In this document: positions 13,646 through 27,563 of the stretch, piece by piece | How positions within the stretch are numbered: the stretch's first letter is position 1 | Layout: every line of letters starts with the position of its first letter | Program-made: the position numbers and the translations under genes | Origin: Mobula hypostoma | Taxonomy: Eukaryota | Direction of reading: 5' to 3' | Assembly: GCF_963921235.1 (NCBI RefSeq) | Contig: NC_086097.1 | Span: 169,634,001-169,698,000 of the forward strand | Length of the DNA stretch: 64,000 nucleotides | The notes under the pieces: model-generated | Told to the model about the DNA's origin: nothing | Databases searched by the model: none | Seen by the model: only the letters and a program-made list of their open reading frames with translations

Positions 13646-16092
13646 TATGTGATATCACTTTCTCTTTCAAAGTTGTTTAGGAAGCTTTTATAATCTACTT
13701 ATTTGTTTGCTGCAACTTTCTGCTCGTTGTCTACTTTTTCCTCTTTTAATGTGTTTCCCTTGCGAAAGCTGAATTGCTCCCAATGCTCAAGTTTGTTGCT
13801 TTGTCTAGCAATTGAGTATAACTTTGGATATTATACCATTTTAAATTTTTGTTAACTATGGTTGTAATCTATCTGTACTGTCTTTTGGCCTTAACAGTCA
13901 CATACTTAGAGATACTGATTGCAAGTTTCAGCTGTAAACCCTACTGTATTCCTCAGGCACAAGTTAGTCAAATAATAAGTCCCCCTAGAGACACCTCCTT
14001 ACATAACCTCTCAAGTGAACAGAGCGTTGGTGGGGCTTGATCCTGATTGATCACCTTTTATTCTTTTGGTTTTATACCAAATCTATTACATTTCCTGCAC
14101 TCATTATTTACTGTCAGCCATTGGCTATCTAATGCCACAACTACGAATGAAGCTCTCCAGTTGCTTCAGATCCCATACAACAGAATTTTTAGTGACCATC
14201 TATTCATTGCACAATACTCGGTCTAGGATAGCCTGTTCCCTGCTCATCTGCTGAACATATTGATCCAAAAAGCTAAACAAAATTAAATCAGCGCTAATAG
14301 TGCTCAGAAATTCTTCAATGTTGTGTCAAACTCAACATTGAATTAAACAATTTCTTCTGCCTGTATGTGATCCATATTCTTCCATATTCATGGGTCCATG
14401 TAAAATCCTTTTAAACACTACAATTGTGTTTGGTTTCACTACTACCCCTGGCAGCCTACCCCTGTCTATTTGGTTATAATTTTATAGATTATTATTAATT
14501 AGATTGCTATCATTCGATATAACTGTTTTACCCTTTTTGCATGCAACTTTAATTTCTAGTGTTACCAAATGCTCTCCATTATGTCTTGGGAAGTCTGTAG
14601 GCAATTGTCAATATCTTCTGGTCCTTTTGCACCACTGAGCTCCATCCAGACTCATTACACTTCATTTTATGAACTAATGTTTCTGACTAATCCTTTAATT
14701 AGCCATCCATTTCCTCTTTTTCCATTTTGCATGTGCTTCCTAACTATTTAATGTCCTTGGATATTCAACTCCAGCTTTGATTATCCTCCAACCATGTCTC
14801 TATAATGAAAATCATATTTTGTTTGTTGCTCTCTGTTTGTTCACCTTATTTATGCTTTTTTGGGTTTTTAATGTTTTTAAACATTTAATCACTTCACAGG
14901 ATTTTTCCATTGAAATCTATCATCTTGTTGCAGATCTCAAGAAACCTACTGACAACTTTACACTCATGGGCTTTGTGGGGCATTTTTGCCCTATATCAAA
15001 TACAGGATTGCTCCTGATGAAGGGCTTTCAGCCCAAAACGTTTTTTTTTAATTCCTTTCCACGGTGCTGCTTGACCTGCTGAGTTCTTTCAGCAATACAT
15101 GTTCTCAAATAATGCAGACTATTTTAAATAAAAGTTTGTCTTGAACGTACATTGGGCAGAACCATAGGTTGGGAATCTAGGTCTGTTGAAACTTTAAATG
15201 ATAAGGTAGTAAAGCTTCTTAATCAAAATACTGGTAGAAATGTTCCTGCTTGTCCAGGTAACAGCTTTGCTTATTAAGGGATATGCTTGTAAGGCAATCT
15301 AGATTTCAGTAAGATAAATACCTGTGAAAATGTTGCCATATGATGGAGTAGGAGAAGATAAGAGAATTACTTTTTTCCTATTGTTTTGAAAATTTTAGCA
15401 ATACTGAAGCAAGTAATCAGCTGCTCAACCTGTTTTCATAAATTGTATATTGAAAATGTTTATGTGAAAGCACATAACTACAGTTGACTTCCTACAATCA
15501 CTCACTAAATGTATTTACTGCAATATGGTTCCACAGGAATCCACCTGCCTTCTATTTACCTTACTCCTTTGATCAGTTTTTATTTCTGACCCAAAATAAT
15601 ACATTTTTCAGCTATTTGTACCATACTCACAACAAAATTTCTTTCAGATGCATTAATAATTTTAAAATATATTGTATGTTGTTATTCTAGAGTTTGGCTT
15701 TGTAGAGTTTCTCCAAACTTAGAGAATTAGGGCCATCACTTAATTATTGGAAAGAGCGTGGCATAACCTTCCTGATAATTTGTCCCATGAGATAGCACTA
15801 AAACTTAAAAATGTAGGCATTGTAATTAAATTTATCTTCTGCTATCAGTGTTAGTATGCAACAAGCAGCACACAGTATTATACAGATCTCTCTCCATTTA
15901 TGATTGGATAACATTGTTAATGAATTTTCCATTTTTCTTCCCTGTGGAACTGACAAGCAAAATATTGAATACAAATTGACTTCATCTAAATTCAATATCG
16001 TTAATGTAGCTGTACCATAATAACTATTTATAGCTTTTGAAATGAGTGGTTTATTGGAAAATGGAACTGAAATGTAATCTTTTGCATTGCAG

Positions 16093-16230
16093 GTAAAATG
16101 TGAAAAGTATTGGCCGAGCACGAAAGATGAAACAATGTCATATGAAGACACTGGGTTCAATCTAAGATTGTTATGTGAAGATATAAAATCATACTACACT
16201 GTGCGGCAGTTGGAATTGCAGAGAACCTCT
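16093..16230 (+). CDS. PTPN2: PTPN2 coding exon (exon 5 equivalent), 138 bp, VKCEKYWP...VRQLELQRTS
   Basis: TTGCAG acceptor; GTAAGG donor at 16231; KCxxYWP motif and ED(I/V)KSYYTV typical of PTPN1/PTPN2. Confidence 0.95.
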
Positions 16231-16789
16231 GTAAGGAGATTTTTAACTGAAGTGATGGAAGTGATATTTTAAGGGTTTGATTTCGTAGAAGCATAAAATC
16301 TACAGCATGGAAACAGGCTATTTGACCCAACTCCTCACTGACCAGTGGGCACCTTTCAATATCAATTCTATTTTCTGGTACTGGCAATTCAAGTGCTTAT
16401 TTGCCGAAATGCTGTCAGTGACCCAACTTCAACCACTCTGGTAGGCAATTAATTTGAGATGCTGTCCACTCTCTAGATGAGCAAGTTTTTATAAATTTAA
16501 ACCATAACATCCCCACTTCATTGTCCTGACCAGTGAAAACTAGTACTCTAATATGCCTCCCTAACTTTATTATCTATCTCTTTTGCCACCTGCAAGGATC
16601 TGTGGATTTGTATGCAAAGGTCTCTTTGTCTCTCAGTACCCTTCGAAATCCTATCATTCATTAGTGTATTTCCTACCCTCAAGTACTCCCAAAGATGCAT
16701 CAATTCACATTTGCCTGGCTTAACTACCACCTGCCATTTTTCAGCCCATTTCACTAACACATTTGTATCGCTCAGCAGCCTAAAGCCTG

Positions 16790-17732
16790 CTGCTGCCACC
16801 TGTATGAAGTTTGTATCTTCTTCCCATGTCTGCGTGGGTTTCCTCCGGGTGCAATGGTTTCCCCTCACAGTCCAAAGACGTACCGGTTGGTAGGTTAATT
16901 GGTCATAGTAAATTGTCCTGTGATTAGGCTAGGATTAATAGTCATAGTCATACTTTATTGATCCCAGGGGGAAATTGGTTTTCACTACAGTTGCACCATA
17001 AATAATAAACAGTAATAGAACCATAAATAGTTAATTAGTAATATGTAAATTATGCCAGTAAATTATGAAATAAGTCCAGGACCAGCCTATCGGCACAGGG
17101 TGTCTGACCCTCCAAGGGAGGAGTTGTAAAGTTTGATGACCACAGGCAGGAATGACTTCCTATGACGCTCTGTGCTGCATCTTGGAGGAATGAGTCTCTG
17201 GCTGAATGTACTCCTGTGCCCACCCAGTACATTATTTAGTGGATGAGAGACATTGTCCAAGATAGCATGCAACTTGGACAGCATCCTCTTTTCAGACACC
17301 ACCGTCAGAGAGTCCAGTTCCATCCCCACAACATCACTGGCCTTACGAATGAGCTTGTTGATTCTGTTGGTGTCTGCTACCCTCAGCCTGCTGCCCCAGC
17401 ACACAACAGCAAACATGATAGCACTGGCCACCACAGACTCGTAGACCATCCTCAGCATCGTCCGGCAGATGTTAAAGGACCTCAGTCTCCTCAGGAAATA
17501 GAGACGGCTCTGTCCCTTGTAGACAGCCTCAGTGTTCTTTGACCAGTCCAGTTTATTGTCAATTCGTATCCCCAGGTATTTGTAATCCTCCACCATGTCC
17601 ACACTGACCCCCTGGATGGAAACAGGGGGTCACCAGTACCTTAGCTCTCCTCAGACTAAATTGTGGGATTGCTGGGCAGTGTGACTCAGAGCTCGATGGG
17701 CCTATTCTGCACTGTATCTTAATAAATAAAAA
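16790..17732 (+). mobile_element. V-SINE-like element split by a Rex1/Babar LINE insertion
   Basis: Core gcgtgggtttcctccgggtgc...cacagtccaaagacgt...ggtaggttaattgg at 16790-16938 resumes at ~17655 and ends in an A-rich tail; an uninterrupted relative lies at 45215-45457. Confidence 0.7.
16939..17654 (-). mobile_element. Rex1/Babar-type LINE 3' fragment (relatively young)
   Basis: ORF 17087-17602 YKYLG...QSRLYFLRRLRSF...HPL...SFLP; 3' tail AATAAAG(TATGAC)n on the minus strand. Confidence 0.85.
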
Positions 17733-17736
17733 CTAC

Positions 17737-18221
17737 TGTAGTGGTTACTCCAACAAACCAAAACCACTTGGAGACTAAGTAGGGTTGATCCTGTATGACA
17801 CACTATCTAATCCAGTAACAAAGTTCCAAAGTCGAAGAATACGATCAATCTTTTATTAAGAAACTAGCAAAACAAACCATCTTGAAGCGATTTAAAAACT
17901 AATGAAGCTGGCATTAGCACTATAACAAAATAAAGTCTTGGCCTATTACTTAAGCCAAGCATTCTTAAATGTATTCAAGAATATTCATATGTAGTTAAGC
18001 AATATTAAGTATAATTAAGCAGTCAACAAAAAAGATAACACCCCTAGTTCACTCCTTAGCTTTACCTAAACTAGACTGACCCCAAAGACAAAGCATGAAT
18101 ACATAACTAAGCTCTTCACTTCTACCATGCTGCAACCCACGTGACTAACTACCATAATGAACATAATAAACACACAACACAAAATATAATATAGATAGAA
18201 AATAGTTAAGTGGCTCCTACA
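17737..18221 (-). repeat. 3' LTR of the BEL/Pao element (485 bp)
   Basis: Minus strand begins TGTAGGAG directly after the PPT and ends ACTACA. Confidence 0.78.
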
Positions 18222-19385
18222 TCCCAGCCCCTTAATTATTATACTATAATTCCAACTACATACTGATAAATATCAGGAGACGTGAAATCTTAAGTCATGC
18301 ATACAAATATCCTCTTTCTTTTTCCAGACAAGTCATCTTGGCCAGAGGTTACGAGCACTTAGCCCAGTACAGAGTGACCTTTACCACCACTGTCTGAGAA
18401 GACAGATTAATGAAGCTTTCAAGGCTGTAGCTCCTCAAACCTCTGCCTTCTGTAAAAGACCGATTTTGGTTAAAGGCCAATCCAAGCAGCTAGTCTTGGT
18501 CATGATCTTTTGTCTGGAAAGACTAGAATGATTCTTCCCATGATCCATGAGTTTCAAGGCGCAGTATCGTTAGCCATAAGCACAATATTTCCTGGGAGGA
18601 AATTGTGTCTTGCACTTGACCATTTCTGACATTCCTGTAGCTGTGTTAAATACCCCTTGAGCCACCGTTTCCCAAACAAGTTTGACAGATGGGCATGCTT
18701 CCATCTATGATGAATATAAACGTCTTACTTTTGGAACACTCCTGGTGGTAAGTATGTGAGGTCTTTAGAAGCAACAGATGGTTGCTGTTAACATTTCCAA
18801 ATCATTGGGATTGGATGATGTTTTAGTAATCAGACAACCATTGATAATAACCTGTACTTCACAAAGAACTGTGTGAAGATCCACTTCATCAAGATTCTGC
18901 ACCTTCATGGTAGAATTGAGAGCCTTTCTTACCGACGTGATCAATCTCTCCAATGTTCCTCATAATGTGAGCCAGCCGGGAGGTGGGGGGTGTTAAAAAT
19001 CCACTTCATTTCTTTCTGAAGAAGTACATTATTGATCTGTGAATGATTCCACTTCTCAATGGCTTCTCTCAATTCTAACAAAGTTTGTCACATTATCAGA
19101 GCGTAGTTCATGAACCTGTCCTTGTCTTGCTATAAAGCATCGGAAGTGCATTAACAAAAGAATCTGTGTCCAAAGAAGATGCCAGTTCAATATGAATAGC
19201 TCATATAGCTAGACAGGTAAATATAACCTCGTATCTCTTCACTGTACTCCTGCTTTTCACTTCAAAAGGTCCAAAGTAGGCCACTCCTACACGTGTGAAC
19301 AACGGTTCATCTGGAGAGACCTTGTCCAGAGGTAGATCTGCCATGTGTTGACATCCTGGAATTGCATGTGACTGTCAACAAACAA

Positions 19386-19849
19386 TAGACAATAGGTGCA
19401 GGAGTAGGCCATTCAGCCCTTTGAGCCAGCACCACCATTCACTGTGATCATGGCTGATCATCCACAATCAGTACCCTTTTCCTGCCTTCTCCCCGTATCC
19501 CTTCACTCCACTATCTTTAAGAGCTCTATCTAACTCTTTTTTGAAAGAATCCAGAGAATTGGCCTCTACTGCCTTCTGAGGCAGAGCATTCCACAGAACC
19601 ACAACCCTCTGTGTGAAAAAGTTTTTCCTCAACTCCGTTCTAAATGGTCTACCCCTTATTCTTAAACTGTGGCCTCTGGTTCTAGACCCCCCCAACATCG
19701 GGAACATGTTTCCTGCCTCTAGCATGTCCAATCCCTTAATAATCTTATATGTTTCAATCAGATCCCCTCTCATCCTTCTAAATTCCAGTGTATACAACCC
19801 CAGTTGCTCCAATCTTTCAACATATGACAGTCCCGCCATCCCGGGAATT
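19386..19849 (-). mobile_element. Young CR1 3' fragment inserted in the BEL integrase region
   Basis: Open frame IPGMAGLSYVERL...TRGHSLRI...FFTQRVV; tail (CTATTGT)n; flanking direct repeat AACAAACAA at 19377-19385 and 19850-19858. Confidence 0.9.
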
Positions 19850-20824
19850 AACAAACAAACAACACACTTAGACAAGATTCTTCGTATAGCTGTACTAGCA
19901 CTGGAAATACAATATTTTTGGGAAAACCTCGATAACGTGTGCTGATGGTCACCATCAGGCCACCAAAGAAACCTTAGTAGATCCACATCTTCTGCTGGTT
20001 CTTCAACCTGATGAAACATTAATTTAATATCCGCCATAATCACCACTGGTTCTTTTCTGAATCTGGTTGTGACTTCAATCATTGAACTAGTAAGATCTGC
20101 ATGTAACAGTTGAGCATTAAGTGATATTCCCTGGAAAGTCATTCCACAAACAAACACAATACTAAGTTTCTCTTTTCTGGGGTGATAAATACCATGATGT
20201 GGAATATACCAGACTTTCCCATCGTTGTGTTTCAGATCCTCTGCTGGCACTATCTTTTTGGCGTAACCTTTGGAGATGATATCCTTCATGAAAGCTGAGT
20301 AGTCAGTGTGAAATGACAAATTCTTCTTAAATCTCTTCCTTGGATTCAGAGCATACTGTTCAGCAATCTTCTCATTATTAGGCACGTTTACATTATTCTT
20401 TAAGGTAAACTAATCTCGTGGTGAATATCCATCAGCTTTGCAGAATTTGCCACCAGCTCCATGAACTTGTGATCTTCTCTTGTCAAACCAGGTTGATCAC
20501 CCTGACTGCATTTAGGGAAATCTGCCTTGAGTTGCTGCTGATCTCATCCATGTTCAAAACTGAAATCCTGTTAACTGTCAGCTCTGGCTGAGCATAGTCT
20601 CTTCAGTCACCATGGTCTCCTTTCTGTGGTCCATCACCAGTCCAACCAAACATTGATCTAATTGTGTAGTGTCCATCATAACAATGCAAGTCACTCCAAT
20701 GCTTCAGGCTCAATTTCTAATCAATCTCAGGCAAACAATTATATTTCAGGTGAGACCATTCCTGTAGATCTCTCAGAAGAGGAACTTTCCCTTTGTGGAC
20801 AGGCATACTTCCCTGCATATAGAT

Positions 20825-21309
20825 ATTAGACAGTTCCCTGTGAATGAGGAGCAGCATGCTTCGACCAGATGGGTCGCACAGTGGAAACCCTCGTCAAGGA
20901 GCACGGGGTGTATAAACTTGAGTTACCGAGAGAAATCAGTGATAGCAGGACAAGCATTTGCAATGGCCATAGGATCGACTTTGGCACAAAACTACAGTGC
21001 CGTGCCAAAGGCTTTTGGGACCACCCAGTGATGGAAACCATTGAAATAAAACTAGAGGAAAAGAATTTTCACAAAGATGAAGGTCTCGCTCTAAGTAAGA
21101 ACTAGGATTTGATTGTAAACATGATGGGACAGTAGAAACCTGATTGGATGAGGACTAACCAATCAGGACAGGTGGATAGCTGGGGTTTAAATACCACTGG
21201 ACTAGACATGCTTAGGCATGATTCCTAATGAAGATAGCAGATTTTGTAATCAAAACATCGGTTAACATTGATACTTGTACCCAGTTGGAAGACTGAGAAG
21301 AGTTTATTT
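20825..21309 (+). mobile_element. Second PLE family (Penelope/Poseidon-like) 3' fragment inserted in the BEL element
   Basis: GRTVETLVKEH...GHRIDF...ETIEIK...NFHKDEGLALS resembles the Penelope GIY-YIG C-terminus; decayed hammerhead CTAATGA-A-gat..atc-AAAACATC at ~21224-21261; BEL coding remnants resume on both sides. Confidence 0.72.
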
Positions 21310-24210
21310 AGTTCACAATAGATTTCACTATCCACTTCTAATCCTGAAACAACTTGGCTATTCACAATCTTTCCTTGACCCATGGTGCACAAGAGAATAC
21401 GTGTCCTTTTTTTCCTGTGAGGTTGACCTTGTTCCCGAGGCTCACTGTGCAGAACACTACTGTACTTCCTTGATCTAGGACAGCATAAGTAGCTACTGTC
21501 TTGTTACCCTTATTTAACTTCATCAGTATTGGAATTATTGGAAGTTTACATTAATGATCGCCAGCTCCCTAAGACCATTAGATACCGGGGTGTTACTCAC
21601 TGCTGTGTCCGATTCTTTCAGAGCTTGTTTCAAATCTGCACCCTTTTTATCCGAGTGAATACAAAGTATGCTTGGATGTTTGCCACTGCATTCCTTGCAC
21701 GAAAGGCACTTCCTGCAATCCATGATTATGTCTCCCGTATACATACAAACAAAGCAGACAACATTTTCTTTTAGCAAGACAGTTGTCTCATTATGAGCAT
21801 TTTTCTCCAGCTGAGGGCATGGATCCAATAGGTTTACCCTCACAGATCAGACAAACCCTTTTGGCTGATGAGACCATTTCCCTTTCATTAGTTCCAGGCT
21901 GAGATTTTAGCTTTATTGCTCATAGTGGCCACAGTAGTGGTGAAACTGCTTCCATTAGCCTAGAAATTGTGGCTTAGTTTTGTTCACACCTTTTGCTTAC
22001 TGCCAGTGATGTAGTATCCTGCATATTTACATAGACCAGGTATGTAGAAATCCTCACTTGACTTTCAATAAACTCAACAAGGTGGGTGAAAGTAGCCTCA
22101 TGGTTGTGCTTATCTAGTAGTTTACAGGTCACCCTTCTCCATAGATCCCTAAGCATGTAAGGCAATTTCCTTACAACAATCAATAGATTGGCAGGCATGT
22201 CCAGCTCTTGCAGGTACTGAACTTCTTTCATTGCGTCACAACAATCTCTAAGAAAAAGACTGTAGTCTTGAAGAGCCCTCGTGCCTTGGAATTTGATAGA
22301 TGGTCAAGAAAGAACCTTTTGCTGGTGCAGTGTTCTGTTCAGATATCCTTCCTCCAGGTTAACAGGCTGGCAACTTCTGACAGCCTCTCTGAGGCAACCT
22401 CCGGTGTACTGTTCAAGGGAGTAGAGGCAGTCACCATAAGCGTCAGTCTTGCCTTCAACACTATTCTTGAAAGCCCTCATGAATGCATAATATTGTGATG
22501 GATTGCCATCAAAGATTTGAATCTCTTTTAGGTAGAGATGCAATGCATTGTTGTGGTACAAATAAGGTTGTTATATCATTTTGCCTCCTTATGACATCCA
22601 TCGTACAATTCAGACGACTGTCATCTGAAAAACGAGTGTTTTCCTATTTTAAGTTAATGTCCCCAAAAGCACCTTGAGCTGTTGTATCTGACATTAGTTC
22701 AGAGTGCCTCCTTAATGCCGGTTGAGAGTGAACATCCTGAACTACTTTTTGTGATCCTAACTCTTGGCTCATAAACATTTGAGGAGCAAATGTACCCATT
22801 GGTGTGTTGGGTTTTCTCTGTGCCATATCAACCTAGGAAGTCACACCATAAAACTATCCTACTGAAGCACTTTTAGCACCCACAGCACTTGAAGCCTTTA
22901 GCGCTGTAGCTTTGGCCATCTCTGCAGTAATTTCATCCTGCAACTTAAGATCCTTCTTCGTATCTGCTCCTTTTCTTTCCAAAGCTGTTCCTCCATCTGC
23001 TCTTGTTCTTCCAATGCAAGTATGTTTGTTGCTGTGCGAATAATGGAGTTAAATCTGCCTCCATTTTAATGCATGCTGTGGTGGTATCAGATGCATCGGA
23101 TTTTCTGCTAGCAACATAACTTACAGTACGCACATCTGAAGCACTGTCATCTGGGTGTACATCATCCTGTGGATCCTCAGCTTTATACATAATCAAAATG
23201 TGTTAGATTTTGAGAAGACTTTTTGCTTGTTTCAGCAACATGACCTTCAACATCGCATGTTTGTTTCAGTATTTTGCTAGGACTATTAACAAGAATCTCA
23301 ATATTTGCAGATCTTTCAACTTATCACTATGGAATAGAAATTAAAGATAACCGATAATGTTGCTTAGCAACAACTTCAAGGAGAATATGCAAGTCTTTAA
23401 TGTGAGACTCCACTTGTGAGACATTTTCTGATTCTCATATAAGACCTGTAATTTTATGATATTAAACCTTTAATTTTCCTCATAATTTTCTTAAATTCCT
23501 TTTGAGAACTATTGATTCTGTTCGCTAAAAATTTCCCAGTAAGTTTAACTCTTTTAGCCCCGACTTCAAGGTCACTGACTTCAGCTCCACTCATGTTGCT
23601 TTTTCAGCTGCGCATACCAGACCAAACAAAATGCTTTCATTTCAAATGCTGAACCAGAATACTTCAGCATTTCAATAGAACCATTCTTCTGCTCCATTCC
23701 TGTAGCTACATAGTCACCTAATCTGTGTCTATTCTTATGTTTACTAGTTTGTGGCACTGGAAACAATTACCTTTCAGGTCCTGCTCTTTAAACGGCTATT
23801 TAGTTCTTTATGCTCATGTTACAGCGCCTTATCCTTTCTACTAAGTGATTGATACCGCTGGCTATTCACCCTGTTTTTCAGATTGTCCTGCAGCAAGTCC
23901 ACAATATCCTTAACCCTAGCACCATGGAGACAAATACAAGTGTACTTTTTAGCAAGGGGAATAACTACAGAGTCTCCAGCACTGTCTCTGACTGGTATTC
24001 CTGATGGTCACTCATGTCCTCTCTTTCTGTACCTCCCGGGTCAGCCATAGCACAACTGATTAGTGTCCTACCAGACCTGAACCTGTTTTAGAGTGTCAAA
24101 GTAACATCATGGCCTAATAGCCTAATACTTACTATTTCACAGCATTGGAACCTTAGTTGGGTAGTAATGATGTTTTGTTCAGCAGCTAGAGACTTTGATA
24201 TTGGCACATA

Positions 24211-25828
24211 CAGTGGCATGCAAAAGTTTGGGCACCTCTGGTCAAAATTTCTAGTTACTGTGAATAGCTAAGTGAGTAAAAGATGACCTGATTTTCAAAA
24301 GGCATAAAGTTAAAGATGACACATTTCTTTAATATTTTGAGCAAGATTACTTTTTTATTTCTGTCTTTTACAGTTTCAAAATAACAAAAAAGGAAAAGGG
24401 CCTGAAGCAAAAGTTTGGGCACCCTCCATGGTCAGTACTTAGTAACACCCCCTTTGGCAAGTATCACAGCTTGTAAACGCTTTCTGTAGCCAGCTAAGAG
24501 TCTTTCAATTCTTGTTTGAGGAATTTTTGCCTATTCTTCCTTGCAAAAGGCTTCTAGTTCTGTGAGATTCTTGGGCCGTCTTGCATGCACTGCTCTTTTG
24601 AGGTTTATCCGCAGATTTTCGATGATGGTTAGGTCAGGGGACTGTGAGGGCCATGGAAAAACCTTCAGCTTGCGCCTCTTGACATAGTCCAGTGTGGATT
24701 TTGAGGTGTGTTTAGGATCATTATCCTGTTGTAGAAGCCATCCTCTTTTTATCTTCAGCTTTTTTACAGACTTGTTTGCTTCCAAAATTTGCTGGTATCT
24801 AATTTAATTCATTCTTCCCTCTACCAGTGAAATGTTCCCCGTGCCACTGGCTGCAACACAAGCCCAAAGCATGATCAATCCACCCCCATGCTTAAGAGTT
24901 GGAGAGGGGTTCTTTTCATGAAATTCTGCACCCTTCTTTCCTCCAAACATACCTTTGCTCATTGCAGCCAAAAAGTTCTGTTTTAACTTCATCATTCCAC
25001 AGGACTTGTTTCCAAAATGTATCAGGCTTGTTTAGATATTCCTTTGCAAACTTCTGACGCTGAATTTTGTGGTGAGGATGCAGGAAAGGTTTTCTTCTGA
25101 TGACTCTTCCATGAAGGTCATATTTGTGCAGGTGTTGCTGCACAGTAGAACAGTGCACCACCACTCCAGAGTCTGCTAAATCTTCCTGAAGGTCTTTTGC
25201 AGTCAAATGGGGTTTTGATTTGCCTTTTTCAGCAATCCTATGAGCAGTTCTCTTGGAAAGTTTTCTTGGTCTTCCAGACCTCAACTTGACTTCCACTGTT
25301 CCTGTTAACTGCCATTTCTTAATTATATTACAAACTGAGGAAAAAACTACCTGAAAACACTTTGCCATCTTCTTATAGCCTTCTCCTGTGGGCATCATTT
25401 ATTTTAATTTTCAGAGTGCTAGGCAGCTACTTAGAGGAGCCCATGGCTGCTGATGGTTGGGTCAAGATTTGAGGAGTCAGGGTATTCATAAGACTTTGAA
25501 ATTTGCATCACCTGGTCTTTCCTTACGATGATTGTGAACAAGCCATAGCCCTAACAAGCTAATTAAGGTCTGAGACCTTGGTAAAAGTTATCTGAGAGCT
25601 CAAATCTCTTGGGGTGCCCAAACTTTTGCATGGTGCTCCTTTCCTTTTTTTTCCTACTCTAAAATTATACAAAACAAAAATAATACACTAATCTTGCTTA
25701 AAATGTTGAGAAGAATGTTTCATCTTTTAAGTTTATGACTTTTGGAGATCAGTTCATCTTCCACTCACTTAACTATTCACAGTAATAGAAATTTTGACCA
25801 GGGATGCCCAAACTTTTGCATGCCACTG
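24211..25828 (-). mobile_element. Full-length Tc1-family DNA transposon of IR/DR type, 1618 bp
   Basis: TIR CAGTGGCATGCAAAAGTTTGGGCA at both ends; TA on both flanks; inner repeats of the binding site at ~24407-24424 and ~25611-25633. Confidence 0.95.
24432..25444 (-). pseudogene. Tc1 DD34E-type transposase, with frameshifts and stops
   Basis: GRPRK, WNDE, KHGGG..MLW, QQDNDPKHT, WPSQSPDL..IENL and the AKGGVTKY* terminus are split over several frames. Confidence 0.92.
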
Positions 25829-26419
25829 TAGCCAAAAAGCATCCATTTCCAATTCTGATTGTACTTTTCCAGAAAACGTTCAGTTTCTCTGGTTTTAATT
25901 TTGATCCTCCTGGAGCCTTGAATCTGAAAAGACACTGTTCCATTCAGATTTCTGCAAGTTGGTGATCTAGTTGAAACCACACCCATTTTTGTTTGTTGCA
26001 AGCAACTGGTCTGTTTTCAAGTAAAGTCCTGAAAATGAGTAAGTTATAGGAATTTCACTGATAATTGGCGAGAGAACTCCAATCATCTGATATCCTACTC
26101 TTTGGCAATCCCTGATAGATTGACATTTGACTCATTGGGTCTTGTTTCCCCATGCTTCCTTTAAACTCACTGGTTCCCTGGTCTCTGAGCGCATTTAATC
26201 TCAGAGATTCCTTGAAAGTTATTGTCCGGTATATTTTTACTTAAAGTATATTATAAGTGTGTTCGGGTATTCATAGGGGAATAACGTGCAGTAGTTCTAC
26301 ATGACCATAGTGCTGAGCAAAGAGTGTTTTACTGTGCCAAGAACTATATATTTTTTAAAGTAGCAAAAGGAGATTTAATGAGTGAGTTGTCAATTGTTGG
26401 TCAAGTTGTGTTTGGTTTT

Positions 26420-27265
26420 GGTTTATCACGGTCAATCTGCCAAGACTGAACAGCTTGCACTGTTTATACAGATCAACTCATTACACAGTGCACGGAACTA
26501 GAATAAGGTAAAATAATAACAATGCTGAATAAAGTGTCAAAGCTACTGATAAAGTGCAAGATCATACGAGGTAGATTGTGAAACCAAGAGTCCATCTTTA
26601 TTATACAGGGGATCATTTTATCATCTTATAACAGCTGGTTAACAGCTGTCCTTGGGTCTCGTCATATGTGCTCTCAGCTTTTGTATCTTCTACCCAAAAA
26701 AAAAGGGCATCTGGTCTGGGTGGTGTCTTTGATTATGATGGATGCTTTACTGGGAAAGCGAGAAGCATAGACAGATCTATAGAGAGGAGTCTGGTTCCTG
26801 TTATGGGCTGTGATGTGTCCACAACCTTGCAGTTACTTGTGGTCACATGCAGAGTAGTTGCCAAACGAAGCAGTGATGCATCCAGATAGGATACTTTCGA
26901 TGGTGCATCGTTAAAAATTGCTCAGGAACTTGAAGCTTCTCAATCCTCTACTTCAGCACCATTGATGTAGACAGAAGCATGTGAACCATCTCCCTTTCTG
27001 AACTCAATGACTAGCTCTTTTGTTCATGCTGAAAGAAAAGTTGCAGTCTTGACATCATACAGCTAAGTTCACTTTTTTTTACTGTACACTGACTCATTGT
27101 TATTTGAGATGTGACCCACAGCAGTGGTATCAGCAAACTTATAAATGGAATTAGAGCAGAATCTAGCCAAGCAGTCATGAGTGTGTGGGGGCTGAGGATG
27201 CTTAGAATAATCAAAGCAGGGGTGTTGCTGACTATCCTTACTGATTGCAGTCTGTTGGTCAGAAA
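26420..27265 (-). mobile_element. Old Rex1/Babar-type LINE fragment
   Basis: Minus-strand remnants of YKFADTT and FKFL motifs; heavily decayed, boundaries approximate. Confidence 0.55.
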
Positions 27266-27563
27266 GTCTGAATCTTTAAGCTAGAAACTTAGAGATTGGG
27301 TAATGGGTTTCAAATTAGAAATGCTGGCTGGTGGTGTAGTGGCATTCACATCGGACTATGAGGTGAGTGGTCCTGGATTTGAATCCAGCTGGCTCCTTGC
27401 ACATTTTCTATCTGTACTGGGCTGAGTGTCGAGCTAGCAACTTGGTGACAAATGCTAAAGAAATGGAAACAACAGGAATTCTGCAGATGCTGGAAATTCA
27501 AGCAACATACATCAAAGTTGCTGGTGAACGCAGCAGGCCAAGCAGCATCTATAGGAAGAGGCG

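Larger units (their letters stand above)
17737..23300 (-). mobile_element. Decayed BEL/Pao LTR retrotransposon: gag, protease, partial RT, integrase and 3' LTR; 5' LTR not found
   Basis: Fragments FDGNPSQY (gag), C..C...HPSIL zinc knuckle, VWYIPHHG, ADIKLMFHQV..LRFLWW (RT), integrase remnants; PPT GGGGCTGGGA (18222-18231, minus) next to the LTR; left end exact, right end approximate. Confidence 0.88.

Noticed and set aside
19468..20385. 305-aa ORF that looks like a novel RT fusion protein
   Set aside because: Chance in-frame chimera of a BEL RT fragment, a deletion junction into the integrase zinc finger, and the inserted CR1 C-terminus; starts at a non-ATG codon and lacks a catalytic core.
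27325..27400. tRNA gene
   Set aside because: Only degenerate A and B boxes, no convincing cloverleaf; continues into a SINE body.
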